A stretch of 19,703 nt of DNA from a virus (IMGVR_UViG_2778261252_000009:1-19703); one strand, 5' to 3'. Positions 1-9,397 are shown, counted from the first letter of the stretch. The notes: generated from the sequence alone by a model not told the origin. Numbers and translations: made by a program.

Positions 1-1053
1 TTACGGGGTAATGCCAACCGCTGCCGCCACTTTGTCGCCACTTGGCAGCGTTGCCAGAGGATTGAAACGGAGCGCCGTTTCCAGATGATCTGGTGCCAGA
101 TGTGCGTAACGCATAGTCATTTTTATATCGTGGTGTCCGAGAATTTTTTGTAAGGCGAGAATGTTTCCACCCGACATCATGAAGTGCGCCGCAAATGTAT
201 GGCGCAGAACGTGTGTGAGTTGACCGCGAGGGAGCACGATAGACGTTTTTTCCATCACGGATAAAAATTGAAAATAGCAGTCTGTAAAGAAATTGAACCC
301 ATCAAGCGCCATGATCTCTTCGTAAAGCTCTTTACTGATAGGGATGCTTCTGTTTTTCTTCCCCTTCGTTCTGACAAAGGTAATTCGGTATTTGGTCACC
401 TGTGAGCGGGTAAGATTTACGGCTTCACGCCAGCGTGCGCCTGTGCTTAAGCATATCTTAACTACCAGTGCCAGAATTGGGTCCTGACGTTTGCAATCAG
501 CCAGCAATTCAACAATCTGCTCATGGGTAAGCCATGCCATCTCTTTTTCTGCGATGGTGAATTTTCGCATGTTCTCCAGTGGGTTCGGATACGACCATTC
601 GCCCAGACGGGATAGTTCGCTAAAAACACTACTTAGATAGCTTTGCTCCAGGTTAATGGTGACCGGGCTTGCTCCTTTCTTCCATTTCTCGCTGAAGTAG
701 ATCTCGCCTGTCAGGCGTTTATCTCGATAGTGGGCAAACATTTTAGAGGTGAGATCGGTTGCAAGAGGATTGCCCAGAGCGTCAACCATCAACAGCAATT
801 TGTCATAGACATGCTGCCCAGCTGTCAGAGATTTACCATGTAGTTTGAACCATAGCTCAACCACGTCTTTCAGTGTTCGACGATCCACTGATTCACCCAG
901 CCAGGGCTTTGCTTCGGTTTCTTCCATCGTGTGGCGCTCAAAAGCCAGAGCTTCGCCTTTGGTGGCGAATTGTTTACGCACCCGACGCCCACTACGTCCG
1001 GCGGGGTAACATTCGCAAAGCCATTTTCCTGTGGTGAGTTTTCGTACTGCCAT
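1..1053 (-). CDS. int: Tyrosine integrase, P2/186 family
   Basis: 350-aa ORF with ATG at 1051-1053. Contains LSTGARWREA, a catalytic Arg box, and a C-terminal HxxR...Y region (LRHTFAAHFM...GH...MTMRYAHL) typical of P2-like integrases. Confidence 0.9.
   Translation of the reverse strand: MAVRKLTTGKWLCECYPAGRSGRRVRKQFATKGEALAFERHTMEETEAKPWLGESVDRRTLKDVVELWFKLHGKSLTAGQHVYDKLLLMVDALGNPLATDLTSKMFAHYRDKRLTGEIYFSEKWKKGASPVTINLEQSYLSSVFSELSRLGEWSYPNPLENMRKFTIAEKEMAWLTHEQIVELLADCKRQDPILALVVKICLSTGARWREAVNLTRSQVTKYRITFVRTKGKKNRSIPISKELYEEIMALDGFNFFTDCYFQFLSVMEKTSIVLPRGQLTHVLRHTFAAHFMMSGGNILALQKILGHHDIKMTMRYAHLAPDHLETALRFNPLATLPSGDKVAAAVGITP
19..40. repeat. Putative attL core (left copy of direct repeat), lying inside the 3' end of int
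   Basis: 21 of 22 positions identical to 16402-16423; flanking bases diverge on both sides. Confidence 0.6.
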
Positions 1054-1078
1054 TAAAAAGCCCTCATGTCAGAGGGCT
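1054..1078 (-). terminator. Putative intrinsic terminator or attenuator hairpin immediately upstream of the int start codon
   Basis: Minus strand reads AGCCCTC-TGACAT-GAGGGCT-TTTTTA-ATG: 7-bp stem, 6-nt loop, T-run. The GAGGG that would serve as the int Shine-Dalgarno lies in the 3' stem arm. Confidence 0.45.
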
Positions 1079-1126
1079 AAATTTAACTGTATGTTTGACC
1101 AGTGGTCAATGTATGTAAATATTAAA

Positions 1127-2896
1127 TCATACGTCAGGGGTAATCCAGTCGACTAAAGCCTCAATACTTTCGAAATCTGCACAGATATCTGAAAGAGGTT
1201 GTGTATCTGCTTTTGTTTTGAAATCAGCCCATACTGATTCATTTTTTTCTGTAAGACCCAAATGGTTTTCTATCGAACCATTTAGCCAAATCCAAATATT
1301 TGCATTTCTCAGTTTTGCGGCTAATGATGACAAAAATTCTCTGGCGCCGGGCTTTTGAGACATAATAGCAAATGCTTCAGCTGCGGTAGTGTTATTACCC
1401 TTTGTAGGCAAACCGGATCCATCGAGAGTGCATTCTCCATTAGCATGCATACTTCTCAAGATTTCTTTTAGTCGTAAAATATCCTCGTCATTATGTTCTA
1501 AGAAGTTGTTCCTTATTGCACCGCGGAACGCAAAATCTAAATCAACAATTGCTTTTGTAGGTATATCCATTGAATTTAGAATTTGCATCGTTTTAGATAT
1601 ACTTTCAACGGACCCTGTTTCAATTAGTGCTATTTGCATCTGACCTAATGTTTTATTTTTAACTTTGTTAAAAATAAATGGGAGCAGAGTAGTCTCTGTT
1701 TTACCTTCTGTTAGTATTACATTGTTAGCAAACAAAACTTTTGAAGACTGTGTTAATGAAAATAAATGGGTTGCTTGTGCTGGTCGTTGTTCGATTACTT
1801 TATTGACTGCTTCTTTTAATGTTAATCTGCAATGAGTGCCACGCTGACTGTTTTTTCTGATTAACACAGTGTCTTTTGCTAAGTCAGAGGTAATCATTTG
1901 AGATGAATGGGTAGAGAAAATTATTTGATATCCATGATGAGATAGTGTTTTTAGAGATTCTCTAATTTGTTCGATAGCAAATGGGTGAAGATATAACTCA
2001 GGTTCATCTATTAACAGTAGAGTAGTTGTTTTAATATCATCACCGTTGGTTATATCAGCTAAATGTCTTATTAGAGCCATCTGAATCGAACGCTGTGTGC
2101 CATGACCATAAGAAGAACAGTCACGAGCAATGCCGGGAAATGAATCTTCATATACTTTCACAGTCCCTGATTTAAATATATCCTTGAAGTCAGGGAGTTC
2201 GAAGTGTAGTTTTAAACTTATCCCAGGGAAGAAATCAGCAACTTTACTACTTATTGAATCATCAATATCATTGAGGTCCGATATTCGTTTATTACCGGTT
2301 GCAGTCATTCTTCTATTAACGGCATTTAAATGGCTTAGTATCCTTTGAGTGTGCTTCTCTTCTATTTTGCAACTCAATTCTGCCAGCAACTTACCTATTG
2401 TAGTTCCTGTTTTTGATTTTGAAGAATCATCCGCTGCATTTTCCATTGCACCTATACGTATTGGGTCTGGAAATAAAGCTTTTATCGCATTCTCAATACC
2501 CGTTGGTGATGTCCTGAATTCGTTATTTTCTGGGTTTTTAATTAATAATCTGACGTCTTTTGCACTTTGAGCACCAACAGGCTGTTGACGCTTAAATATC
2601 AATACCCCATCAATAATGTAGGGTGAAATTCTAGTTCTGTTTTCTTCTGTTAAAGCTGACAAAATATCTTCAGTAATACCCTTAACTGTACCTATAACTT
2701 CTATAGGGTTATCTGGATTAGTATAATCATCAGAGGACAAAAGTTTTTTCTTAAAAAGCCATTCAATAGCATTTAAAATCGTTGACTTACCAGCATTGTT
2801 GTAACCGATTAAAGGCGTGAATGAAGAAAAATTGATATCAATATCTTTGCAAGATCTAAAGTTTTTTATAGAAATCTTTGAAAGATGATGATTCAT
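1127..2896 (-). CDS. OLD-family ATP-dependent nuclease (N-terminal ABC-type ATPase, C-terminal Toprim); candidate anti-phage defense protein
   Basis: 589 aa. Walker A GYNNAGKST near N-terminus, Walker B LLLIDEPELYLHP, H-loop FSTHS. Toprim-like VILTEGKTE and DxD motif AIVDLDFA. Strong RBS GGAGGAG 6 nt upstream of ATG. Visibly AT-rich relative to neighbours. Confidence 0.8.
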   Translation of the reverse strand: MNHHLSKISIKNFRSCKDIDINFSSFTPLIGYNNAGKSTILNAIEWLFKKKLLSSDDYTNPDNPIEVIGTVKGITEDILSALTEENRTRISPYIIDGVLIFKRQQPVGAQSAKDVRLLIKNPENNEFRTSPTGIENAIKALFPDPIRIGAMENAADDSSKSKTGTTIGKLLAELSCKIEEKHTQRILSHLNAVNRRMTATGNKRISDLNDIDDSISSKVADFFPGISLKLHFELPDFKDIFKSGTVKVYEDSFPGIARDCSSYGHGTQRSIQMALIRHLADITNGDDIKTTTLLLIDEPELYLHPFAIEQIRESLKTLSHHGYQIIFSTHSSQMITSDLAKDTVLIRKNSQRGTHCRLTLKEAVNKVIEQRPAQATHLFSLTQSSKVLFANNVILTEGKTETTLLPFIFNKVKNKTLGQMQIALIETGSVESISKTMQILNSMDIPTKAIVDLDFAFRGAIRNNFLEHNDEDILRLKEILRSMHANGECTLDGSGLPTKGNNTTAAEAFAIMSQKPGAREFLSSLAAKLRNANIWIWLNGSIENHLGLTEKNESVWADFKTKADTQPLSDICADFESIEALVDWITPDV

Positions 2897-2939
2897 TTTA
2901 GACTCCTCCAGTAAGTATTTAAAAGTAATGTCTGCAATG

Positions 2940-3878
2940 TTATTGTATTGTTAAGATAATGCTGGCTATAATTTGAATATCCTCAATGGAACACTCAAAA
3001 TCCTTACTCCCACCAGAAACAAGAATTTTGTTCTTAGGTAAGCGAGTTAACTCTTTTAAAGATAACTCATTGTCAATTCCTACTAACCATTTTCCATCTC
3101 TAATTAGGTGAAATTCTTTATCACATATGACATGTTTTTCTCCATTGCTTACAAACATCAAGCTGCTAGTTTCTTGCTTCGGAAGTAGACACCGATCCAT
3201 GGATAAAAAACCTGACTCGACAAGCACGCCATTGACCAAATTGAACTTATTTAAAATTACAGTGTTTTCTTCTTGTGAACTATTTGGTGTTTCGATTCCT
3301 GTAACTAGCCAGGCGAGATCCGCTTTGGTTTCTAATGCGCATTTAATCACCCAATCCGCAGGGAAAGAATCTCGCATGTATCGTGTGGCTAATGTGCTTT
3401 TTGAAATACCAAGGTGGTCGGCTAAGGCTTGGCGGGTTTTAAACCCGTAAGCATTAACAATCCTCTCTATCGTGGCTTTTCCTCCGTTAGTAAGCTCAAT
3501 GTGATTCTCAATGCGGCGCTTAAAGGATGATTGATGAGCGTTGCTGTTAAACCCCTCATGTGGGACTGTTTCATCATGTTGTTCCACATAAGGGGGGAAA
3601 CTTTCTTCTGCATTGTTAGAACCAAAGGCCAGCCATTCTAGGGATGCGCCAGTTTCCATTGAACATATAACAACCCAATCAGCAGGGAAGGTATCGCGTG
3701 CATATCTATTAGCCATTGTGCTTTGTGAAATACCAAGATGCTTACAGAAGGCTTGGCGTGATTTGAAACCATAGGCCTTGAGTATCCTCTCAATGACTTT
3801 TTGCCCTCCACGATTCTGCATGACCATAGCTTTCAGACTATCTTCAATATGGCGAAATGTGATTTTTTGAGTTGACAT
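2940..3878 (-). CDS. cI: CI-like prophage repressor with tandemly duplicated N-terminal HTH domain
   Basis: 312 aa. Two copies of a ~62-aa motif (residues 25-86 and 133-194, IERI..AYGFK.RQA...HLGIS.ST.A.RY.RD.FPADWV..C..ET.A.L.WL..G), about 39 of 62 identical by hand alignment. Sits divergent from apl-cII in the 186 cI position. Confidence 0.7.
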   Translation of the reverse strand: MSTQKITFRHIEDSLKAMVMQNRGGQKVIERILKAYGFKSRQAFCKHLGISQSTMANRYARDTFPADWVVICSMETGASLEWLAFGSNNAEESFPPYVEQHDETVPHEGFNSNAHQSSFKRRIENHIELTNGGKATIERIVNAYGFKTRQALADHLGISKSTLATRYMRDSFPADWVIKCALETKADLAWLVTGIETPNSSQEENTVILNKFNLVNGVLVESGFLSMDRCLLPKQETSSLMFVSNGEKHVICDKEFHLIRDGKWLVGIDNELSLKELTRLPKNKILVSGGSKDFECSIEDIQIIASIILTIQ

Positions 3879-3965
3879 ATTCTTTATGTGAACCTATTCT
3901 CCGTTTTGTGATGTTTTGTCACGATTAATACCGGCTCACCACAAGCCAATAGGAGATGTTGCATC

Positions 3966-4187
3966 ATGACCCCTAACATTTCAATAACTCTGAATACGCC
4001 ACACGTCACAATTGAGCGTTATAGCGAACTTACTGGTCTTTCTATCGACACCATCAACGATATGCTGGCAGATGGTCGTATCCCTCGCCATCGCCTTCGG
4101 AAAGACAAGAAAAGAGAAAAGGTAATGATCAACCTTGCTGCTCTTACCGTTGATGCACTTACTGATTGCAATGTTGTATTCAACTAG
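3966..4187 (+). CDS. apl: Apl/Cox-like small HTH excisionase and regulator
   Basis: 73-aa ORF, first gene rightward of the switch region, RBS AGGAGA upstream; position equivalent to 186 apl. Confidence 0.55.
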   Translation: MTPNISITLNTPHVTIERYSELTGLSIDTINDMLADGRIPRHRLRKDKKREKVMINLAALTVDALTDCNVVFN

Positions 4188-4219
4188 TTCCATTTTGGGA
4201 TGTATCAGGAGTGTCGACT

Positions 4220-4729
4220 ATGTTTGATTACCAAGTTTCCAAACATCCACATTTTGATGAAGCCTGTCGTGCATTTGCATTGCGCCACAACTTGGTGCAA
4301 CTGGCAGAACGTGCAGGTATGAATGTGCAGATTCTGCGGAACAAGCTGAATCCAGCTCAACCTCATTTATTAACCGCACCAGAAATCTGGCTGCTTACCG
4401 ATCTGACTGAAGATTCAACGTTGGTAGATGGTTTTCTGGCACAGATTCACTGCCTGCCATGCGTACCAATTAATGAGGTGGCAAAAGAGAAACTGCCACA
4501 TTACGTCATGAGTGCAACCGCAGAGATCGGGCGTGTTGCTGCAGGTGCGGTATCTGGCGATGTAAAAACCAGTGCAGGTCGTCGTGATGCTATCAGCAGC
4601 ATTAACTCTGTAACACGACTGATGGCGTTGGCTGCTGTTTCATTGCAGGCCCGTTTACAGGCTAACCCTGCGATGGCGAGTGCAGTTGATACCGTGACTG
4701 GCCTCGGTGCTTCATTCGGTTTGCTGTGA
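4220..4729 (+). CDS. cII: CII-like transcriptional activator, phage 186 type
   Basis: 169 aa from ATG at 4220 with RBS AGGAGTG. N-terminus [19 protein letters not shown] matches my recollection of 186 CII, which is also 169 aa. Confidence 0.8.
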   Translation: MFDYQVSKHPHFDEACRAFALRHNLVQLAERAGMNVQILRNKLNPAQPHLLTAPEIWLLTDLTEDSTLVDGFLAQIHCLPCVPINEVAKEKLPHYVMSATAEIGRVAAGAVSGDVKTSAGRRDAISSINSVTRLMALAAVSLQARLQANPAMASAVDTVTGLGASFGLL

Positions 4730-4736
4730 GGTGCTT

Positions 4737-5033
4737 ATGCTGACGAAAGAACCATCATTTGCATCGCTGCTGGTAAAACAAAGCCCGGCAATGCACTACG
4801 GTCACGGCTGGATCACAGGTGAGGATGGAAAACGCTGGCATCCATGTCATTCACAAGATGAATTGCTGTCTGAATTGACCACGAGGAAACGGAGAAAGTC
4901 CAAATGTATGCGGCAGAAAGTGAAGTGGTTTATCAGTTTCGTTACAGAGGGGAGAGTTATTCAGTACCTGAAGATGATTTGCTCTGTTGCTATCCGTCAT
5001 TGTCGGGCGATGGCAGTTACTTTTTCGCGTTAA
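4737..5033 (+). CDS. Hypothetical early protein, translationally coupled to cII
   Basis: ATG at 4737 with GAGG 5 nt upstream, 8 nt after the cII stop. Overlaps the next ORF by ~130 nt in another frame, so the true 3' end is uncertain. Confidence 0.4.
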   Translation: MLTKEPSFASLLVKQSPAMHYGHGWITGEDGKRWHPCHSQDELLSELTTRKRRKSKCMRQKVKWFISFVTEGRVIQYLKMICSVAIRHCRAMAVTFSR

Positions 5034-5128
5034 AGGATGGGACGTTTTTACGGGGAGAGCAGGTTAAAGAGACGATACGAAAAAATGTATCTCCTCTTGA
5101 GCGTTACCGTAAGAACAAAGAACGATAG
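4904..5128 (+). CDS. Hypothetical early protein
   Basis: 74-aa ORF with good RBS GGAGAAAG 5 nt upstream of ATG. Confidence 0.5.
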   Translation: MYAAESEVVYQFRYRGESYSVPEDDLLCCYPSLSGDGSYFFALKDGTFLRGEQVKETIRKNVSPLERYRKNKER

Positions 5129-5150
5129 CTGCGTTTGGGGGATATGAAGT

Positions 5151-5492
5151 ATGGCAATTAATGGCGCTGCAGCAACTGTTCCATTAAGCCCCGGTGAACG
5201 CCTGAATGGACTTAATCACATTGCGGAGTTAAGGGCGAAAGTTTTTGGCCTGAATATTGAGTCAGAGCTTGAGCGGTTTATTAAAGATATGCGTGATCCA
5301 CGGGATATCAATAATGAACAAAATAAACGGGCACTGGCTGCCATATTCTTTATGGCAAAAATTCCAGCTGAACGTCATAGCATCAGCATTAATGAGCTGA
5401 CCACTGACGAAAAGCGGGAGCTGATTAAAGCAATGAATCATTTTCGTGCAGTGGTGAGCTTATTTCCCAGACGGCTAACCATGCCGAATTAA
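5151..5492 (+). CDS. Hypothetical early-region protein
   Basis: 113-aa ORF, RBS GGGGGA upstream, same strand as the early operon. Confidence 0.5.
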   Translation: MAINGAAATVPLSPGERLNGLNHIAELRAKVFGLNIESELERFIKDMRDPRDINNEQNKRALAAIFFMAKIPAERHSISINELTTDEKRELIKAMNHFRAVVSLFPRRLTMPN

Positions 5493-5559
5493 CCAACTAA
5501 TGAAATTAATGGCGTAAACCCGCCGGGCATCCCTTTATCTAAATTCAGGAGAATTGATT

Positions 5560-5793
5560 ATGCGTAATATTGAAACCCTCACGACTAAAACCGGACCGGA
5601 TGACGCAGGGCTTAATATTTTACTGACAGAGGCTCGTCTGGAAGAACGCCGGGCAAGGGCTGAAGCAATGGCAGCTCGCCTTGATAGCCTGGCGTGTCAT
5701 ATCTCATCCCGTCAGCTAAACCACGTGGAAGCGGCAGAACTGCTGCGTGTGACTGCTGAAGCAATCCAGAACGAAGCGCAGGAGATCCACTAA
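5560..5793 (+). CDS. Hypothetical early-region protein
   Basis: ATG at 5560 with AGGAGA 7 nt upstream; its stop TAA overlaps the next ATG (TAATG). Confidence 0.5.
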   Translation: MRNIETLTTKTGPDDAGLNILLTEARLEERRARAEAMAARLDSLACHISSRQLNHVEAAELLRVTAEAIQNEAQEIH

Positions 5794-6020
5794 TGGCTGA
5801 TGCAATGGATCTCGTACAGCAGCGCGTTGAAGAAGAACGCCAGCGCCATATCCGTGCTGCCCGTGCCAAAACGCCGGGCGTGTCCCGCGTGCTTTGCGTT
5901 GAGTGTGAAGCGCCAATTCCGCCAGCACGCCGCCGTGCCATTCCGGGTGTGCAGCTTTGCATTACCTGTCAGGAAATCGCAGAGCTGAAAAGCAAACATT
6001 ACAACGGGGGTGCTGTATGA
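5793..6020 (+). CDS. TraR/DksA-type C4 zinc-finger protein
   Basis: 75 aa with CVECEAPIP...CITCQ (CxxC-N17-CxxC); P2-like phages carry such a gene upstream of A. Confidence 0.7.
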   Translation: MADAMDLVQQRVEEERQRHIRAARAKTPGVSRVLCVECEAPIPPARRRAIPGVQLCITCQEIAELKSKHYNGGAV

Positions 6021-6874
6021 GCACCATCCTGAAATGGGCGGGAAATAAAACCGCCGTAATGTCCGAACTGAAAAAACATCTTCCTGCTGGTCCGCGACTA
6101 GTTGAACCTTTCGCGGGTTCCTGTGCTGTGATGATGGAGACGGATTATCCCTGCTATCTGGTTGCGGATATTAATCCTGATTTAATCAACCTCTATAAAA
6201 AGGTTGCCGCTGATTGTGAATCGTTTATATCTCGCGCCAAAGTTTTATTTGAGATCGCAAACAGGGAGGTGGCTTATTACAACATAAGGCAGGAGTTTAA
6301 TTACTCAACTGAAATTACTGATTTCATGAAAGCGGTATATTTCCTGTATCTCAATCGTCACGGTTACCGTGGGTTATGTCGCTATAACAAGAGCGGGCAT
6401 TTCAACATTCCCTACGGTAATTATAAAAATCCGTATTTCCCTGAAAAAGAAATTCGCGCTTTTGCAGAAAAAGCCCAGCGAGCAACGTTTATCTGCGCCA
6501 GCTTTGATGAAACGCTGGCGATGTTGAAGGCGGGGGATGTGGTGTATTGCGATCCGCCTTATGACGGTACGTTTTCCGGCTATCACGCTGACGGCTTTAC
6601 TGAAGATGACCAGTATCACCTGGCATCCGTTCTTGAACATCGGTCATCAGAAGGACATCCGGTCATTGTTTCTAACAGTGACACATCCCTGATCCGTTCG
6701 CTGTATCGCAATTTTACTCACCACTATATCAAGGTAAAACGCAGCATCGGCGCAGCAGCTGGTGAGAGTAAATCAGCAACAGAAATCATTGCTGTTTCCG
6801 GGCCGCGCTGCTGGGTGGGATTTGATTATTCGCGTGGCGTGGATAGTTCTGCCGTGTACGGAGTACGTGCATGA
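6017..6874 (+). CDS. dam: DNA adenine methyltransferase, Dam family, with no adjacent restriction gene
   Basis: 285 aa. N-terminal LKWAGNK and FAGS motifs (AdoMet binding), catalytic DPPY ([10 protein letters not shown]), [15 protein letters not shown] similar to E. coli Dam. Start overlaps upstream stop (ATGA) and stop overlaps A start (ATGA). Confidence 0.9.
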   Translation: MSTILKWAGNKTAVMSELKKHLPAGPRLVEPFAGSCAVMMETDYPCYLVADINPDLINLYKKVAADCESFISRAKVLFEIANREVAYYNIRQEFNYSTEITDFMKAVYFLYLNRHGYRGLCRYNKSGHFNIPYGNYKNPYFPEKEIRAFAEKAQRATFICASFDETLAMLKAGDVVYCDPPYDGTFSGYHADGFTEDDQYHLASVLEHRSSEGHPVIVSNSDTSLIRSLYRNFTHHYIKVKRSIGAAAGESKSATEIIAVSGPRCWVGFDYSRGVDSSAVYGVRA

Positions 6875-9285
6875 GCCATGCCGATATGAGCAACTGCTGC
6901 GGCTTTAACGAGGCTGCCGCATCGTTCTCATGGAACAGCCCGAAAAAGGCCATTAACCCTTATCTGGACCCGGCGGAAGTTGCGCCGGTTTCTGCGCTTT
7001 CAAACCTGATCACTCTGTACGCTGCCGATAACGAGCAGGAACAACTGCGCCGCGAGGCACTGAGTGATCAGGTCTGGGAGCGTTATTTCTTTAATGAATC
7101 CCGTGATCCTGTCCAACGCGAAATAGAGCAGGATAAGCTCATTAGCCGGGCAAAGTTGGCGCATGAGCAGCAGCGTTTTAACCCGGACATGGTCATTCTG
7201 GCAGACGTCAGCGCCCAGCCCTCCCATATCAGCAAGCCGCTGATGCAACGTATTGAATACTTCAGCAGCCTGGGCAGGCCAAAGGCTTATTCCCGCTATT
7301 TACGTGAGACGATTAAGCCATGTCTGGAACGACTGGAGCATGTACGCGACAGCCAGCTATCTGCATCTTTTCGTTTTATGGCAAGCCATGTAGGGCTGGA
7401 CGGCCTGCTGATTCTGCCTGAAATGAGTCAGGATCAGGTGAAACGCCTGTCTACCCTTGTCGCTGCGCATATGAGCATGTGCCTTGATGCAGCTTGTGGT
7501 GATTTGTATGCCACCGATGACGTTAAGCCAGAAGAAATCCGCAAGACATGGGAAAAGGTGGCAGCGGAAACCCTGCGTCTGGATGTCATCCCGCCTGCGT
7601 TTGAGCAACTCCGTCGGAAAAGAAACCGCCGTAAACCCGTGCCCTATGAACTCATTCCGGGTTCGCTGGCGCGTATGTTGTGCGCCGACTGGTGGTACCG
7701 GAAATTATGGAAAATGCGTTGCGAATGGCGGGAAGAGCAGTTGCGTGCTGTCTGCCTGGTCAGCAAAAAAGCATCTCCCTATGTCAGCTATGAAGCCGTG
7801 ATGCATAAACGTGAGCAGCGCCGCAAGTCACTGGAGTTTTTCCGTTCTCATGAACTGGTGAACGAAGAGGGCGACACGCTGGATATGGAAGACGTGGTAA
7901 ACGCCAGCAGCAGCAACCCGGCGCACCGCCGCAATGAGATGATGGCCTGTGTTAAAGGTCTGGAGCTTATCGCGGAAATGCGCGGTGACTGCGCCGTTTT
8001 CTACACCATTACCTGTCCGTCACGTTTCCATTCCACGCTCAATAACGGCAGACCAAACCCAACCTGGACAAATGCGACGGTAAGACAAAGCAGCGATTAT
8101 CTGGTCGGCATGTTTGCTGCATTTCGTAAGGCGATGCACAAAGCCGGGTTGCGCTGGTATGGCGTGCGGGTGGCTGAGCCGCATCATGACGGTACAGTTC
8201 ACTGGCACCTGTTGTGTTTCATGCGCAAAAAAGACCGCCGCGCCATTACTGCATTGTTGCGTAAGTTTGCCATCCGTGAAGACCGCGAGGAACTGGGTAA
8301 TAACACTGGTCCACGCTTTAAATCTGAGCTGATAAACCCGCGCAAAGGAACGCCGACAAGCTACATCGCGAAATACATCAGTAAGAACATTGACGGGCGT
8401 GGTCTGGCTGGCGAGATCAGCAAGGAAACGGGTAAATCCCTGCGTGATAACGCTGAATACGTTAATGCCTGGGCGTCTCTGCATCGTGTTCAGCAATTCC
8501 GCTTCTTTGGTATTCCGGGACGTCAGGCTTACCGTGAACTTCGCTTGCTGGCTGGTCAGGCGGCAAGGCAACAGGGTGACAAAAAAGCAGGTGCGCCGGT
8601 ACTGGATAACCCGCGTCTTGATGCCATTCTGGCTGCTGCTGATGCTGGTTGTTTTGCCACCTACATCATGAAGCAGGGCGGCGTACTGGTTCCCCGCAAA
8701 TATCACCTCATCAGAACCGCTTATGAAATCAACGAAGAGCCAACCGCCTATGGCGATCACGGTATTCGTATTTATGGCATCTGGTCACCCATTGCAGAGG
8801 GCAAGATCTGCACTCATGCAGTGAAGTGGAAAATGGTTCGTAAGGCCGTTGACGTTCAGGAGGCGGCAGCCGACCAGGGCGCTTGCGCCCCTTGGACTCG
8901 TGGCAATAACTGTCCCCTTGCTGAAAATTTGAACCAACAAGGGAAAGACAAATCAGCTGATGGGGATACCAGAACGGATATCACCCGCATGGATGACAAG
9001 GAGTTGCACGATTACCTGCACAGAATGAGCAAAAAAGAGCGCCGGGAACTGGCAGAAAGATTACGCCTGGTTAAACCGAAACGGCGTAAAGACTACAAAC
9101 AGCGAATTACAGAGTATCAGCGTCAGCAGCTCGTCTATGAGCTGAAGTCCAGAGGATTTGATGGTAGCGAGAAAGAGGTCGATTTACTCCTTCGCGGCGG
9201 CAGTATTCCGTCAGGAGCAGGCCTGCGTATCTTCTATCGGAACCAGCGTTTGCAGGAAGATGATAAGTGGCGGGATCTGTATTAA
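6871..9285 (+). CDS. A: Rolling-circle replication initiation endonuclease, P2 gene A family
   Basis: 804 aa. HUH motif HWH at codons 444-446 (8200-8208) and paired catalytic tyrosines YIAKY at codons 498-502 (8362-8376), as in the phiX174 A / P2 A superfamily. Confidence 0.85.
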   Translation: MSHADMSNCCGFNEAAASFSWNSPKKAINPYLDPAEVAPVSALSNLITLYAADNEQEQLRREALSDQVWERYFFNESRDPVQREIEQDKLISRAKLAHEQQRFNPDMVILADVSAQPSHISKPLMQRIEYFSSLGRPKAYSRYLRETIKPCLERLEHVRDSQLSASFRFMASHVGLDGLLILPEMSQDQVKRLSTLVAAHMSMCLDAACGDLYATDDVKPEEIRKTWEKVAAETLRLDVIPPAFEQLRRKRNRRKPVPYELIPGSLARMLCADWWYRKLWKMRCEWREEQLRAVCLVSKKASPYVSYEAVMHKREQRRKSLEFFRSHELVNEEGDTLDMEDVVNASSSNPAHRRNEMMACVKGLELIAEMRGDCAVFYTITCPSRFHSTLNNGRPNPTWTNATVRQSSDYLVGMFAAFRKAMHKAGLRWYGVRVAEPHHDGTVHWHLLCFMRKKDRRAITALLRKFAIREDREELGNNTGPRFKSELINPRKGTPTSYIAKYISKNIDGRGLAGEISKETGKSLRDNAEYVNAWASLHRVQQFRFFGIPGRQAYRELRLLAGQAARQQGDKKAGAPVLDNPRLDAILAAADAGCFATYIMKQGGVLVPRKYHLIRTAYEINEEPTAYGDHGIRIYGIWSPIAEGKICTHAVKWKMVRKAVDVQEAAADQGACAPWTRGNNCPLAENLNQQGKDKSADGDTRTDITRMDDKELHDYLHRMSKKERRELAERLRLVKPKRRKDYKQRITEYQRQQLVYELKSRGFDGSEKEVDLLLRGGSIPSGAGLRIFYRNQRLQEDDKWRDLY

Positions 9286-9377
9286 TTACGCGGGTTAACA
9301 ATTCGTGCTCTTAATAATACCAGGCATATCAGGCTGATGAACGTAAAAAAACGTTTTACATCAGTAAGATTATTATA

Positions 9378-9397
9378 TACTGTAAATATAAACAGTG
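9378..9397 (+). promoter_or_regulatory. LexA (SOS) box upstream of the tum/dinI-like module
   Basis: TACTGTAAATATAAACAGTG matches the CTGT-N8-ACAG consensus exactly (CTGT 9380-9383, ACAG 9392-9395), about 40 bp upstream of the ORF starting at 9438. Confidence 0.65.

Noticed and set aside
1-1053. P4-type satellite integrase and P4-like satellite element
   Set aside because: The conserved integrase blocks resemble the P2 integrase as I recall it, and the neighbouring genes are 186/P2-type (cII, rolling-circle A, Q, U, D, ogr), with no P4 alpha primase, sid, delta or psu
1127-2896. Gabija (GajA/GajB) or PARIS assignment for the OLD-like nuclease
   Set aside because: No UvrD-like helicase or separate DUF-type partner adjacent; neighbours are int and the CI-like repressor, so a single-gene OLD is the simpler reading
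8020-8760. 246-aa minus-strand ORF inside replication gene A
   Set aside because: Lies wholly antisense within a gene that has clear catalytic motifs in frame; no RBS noted; typical shadow ORF in GC-rich coding DNA
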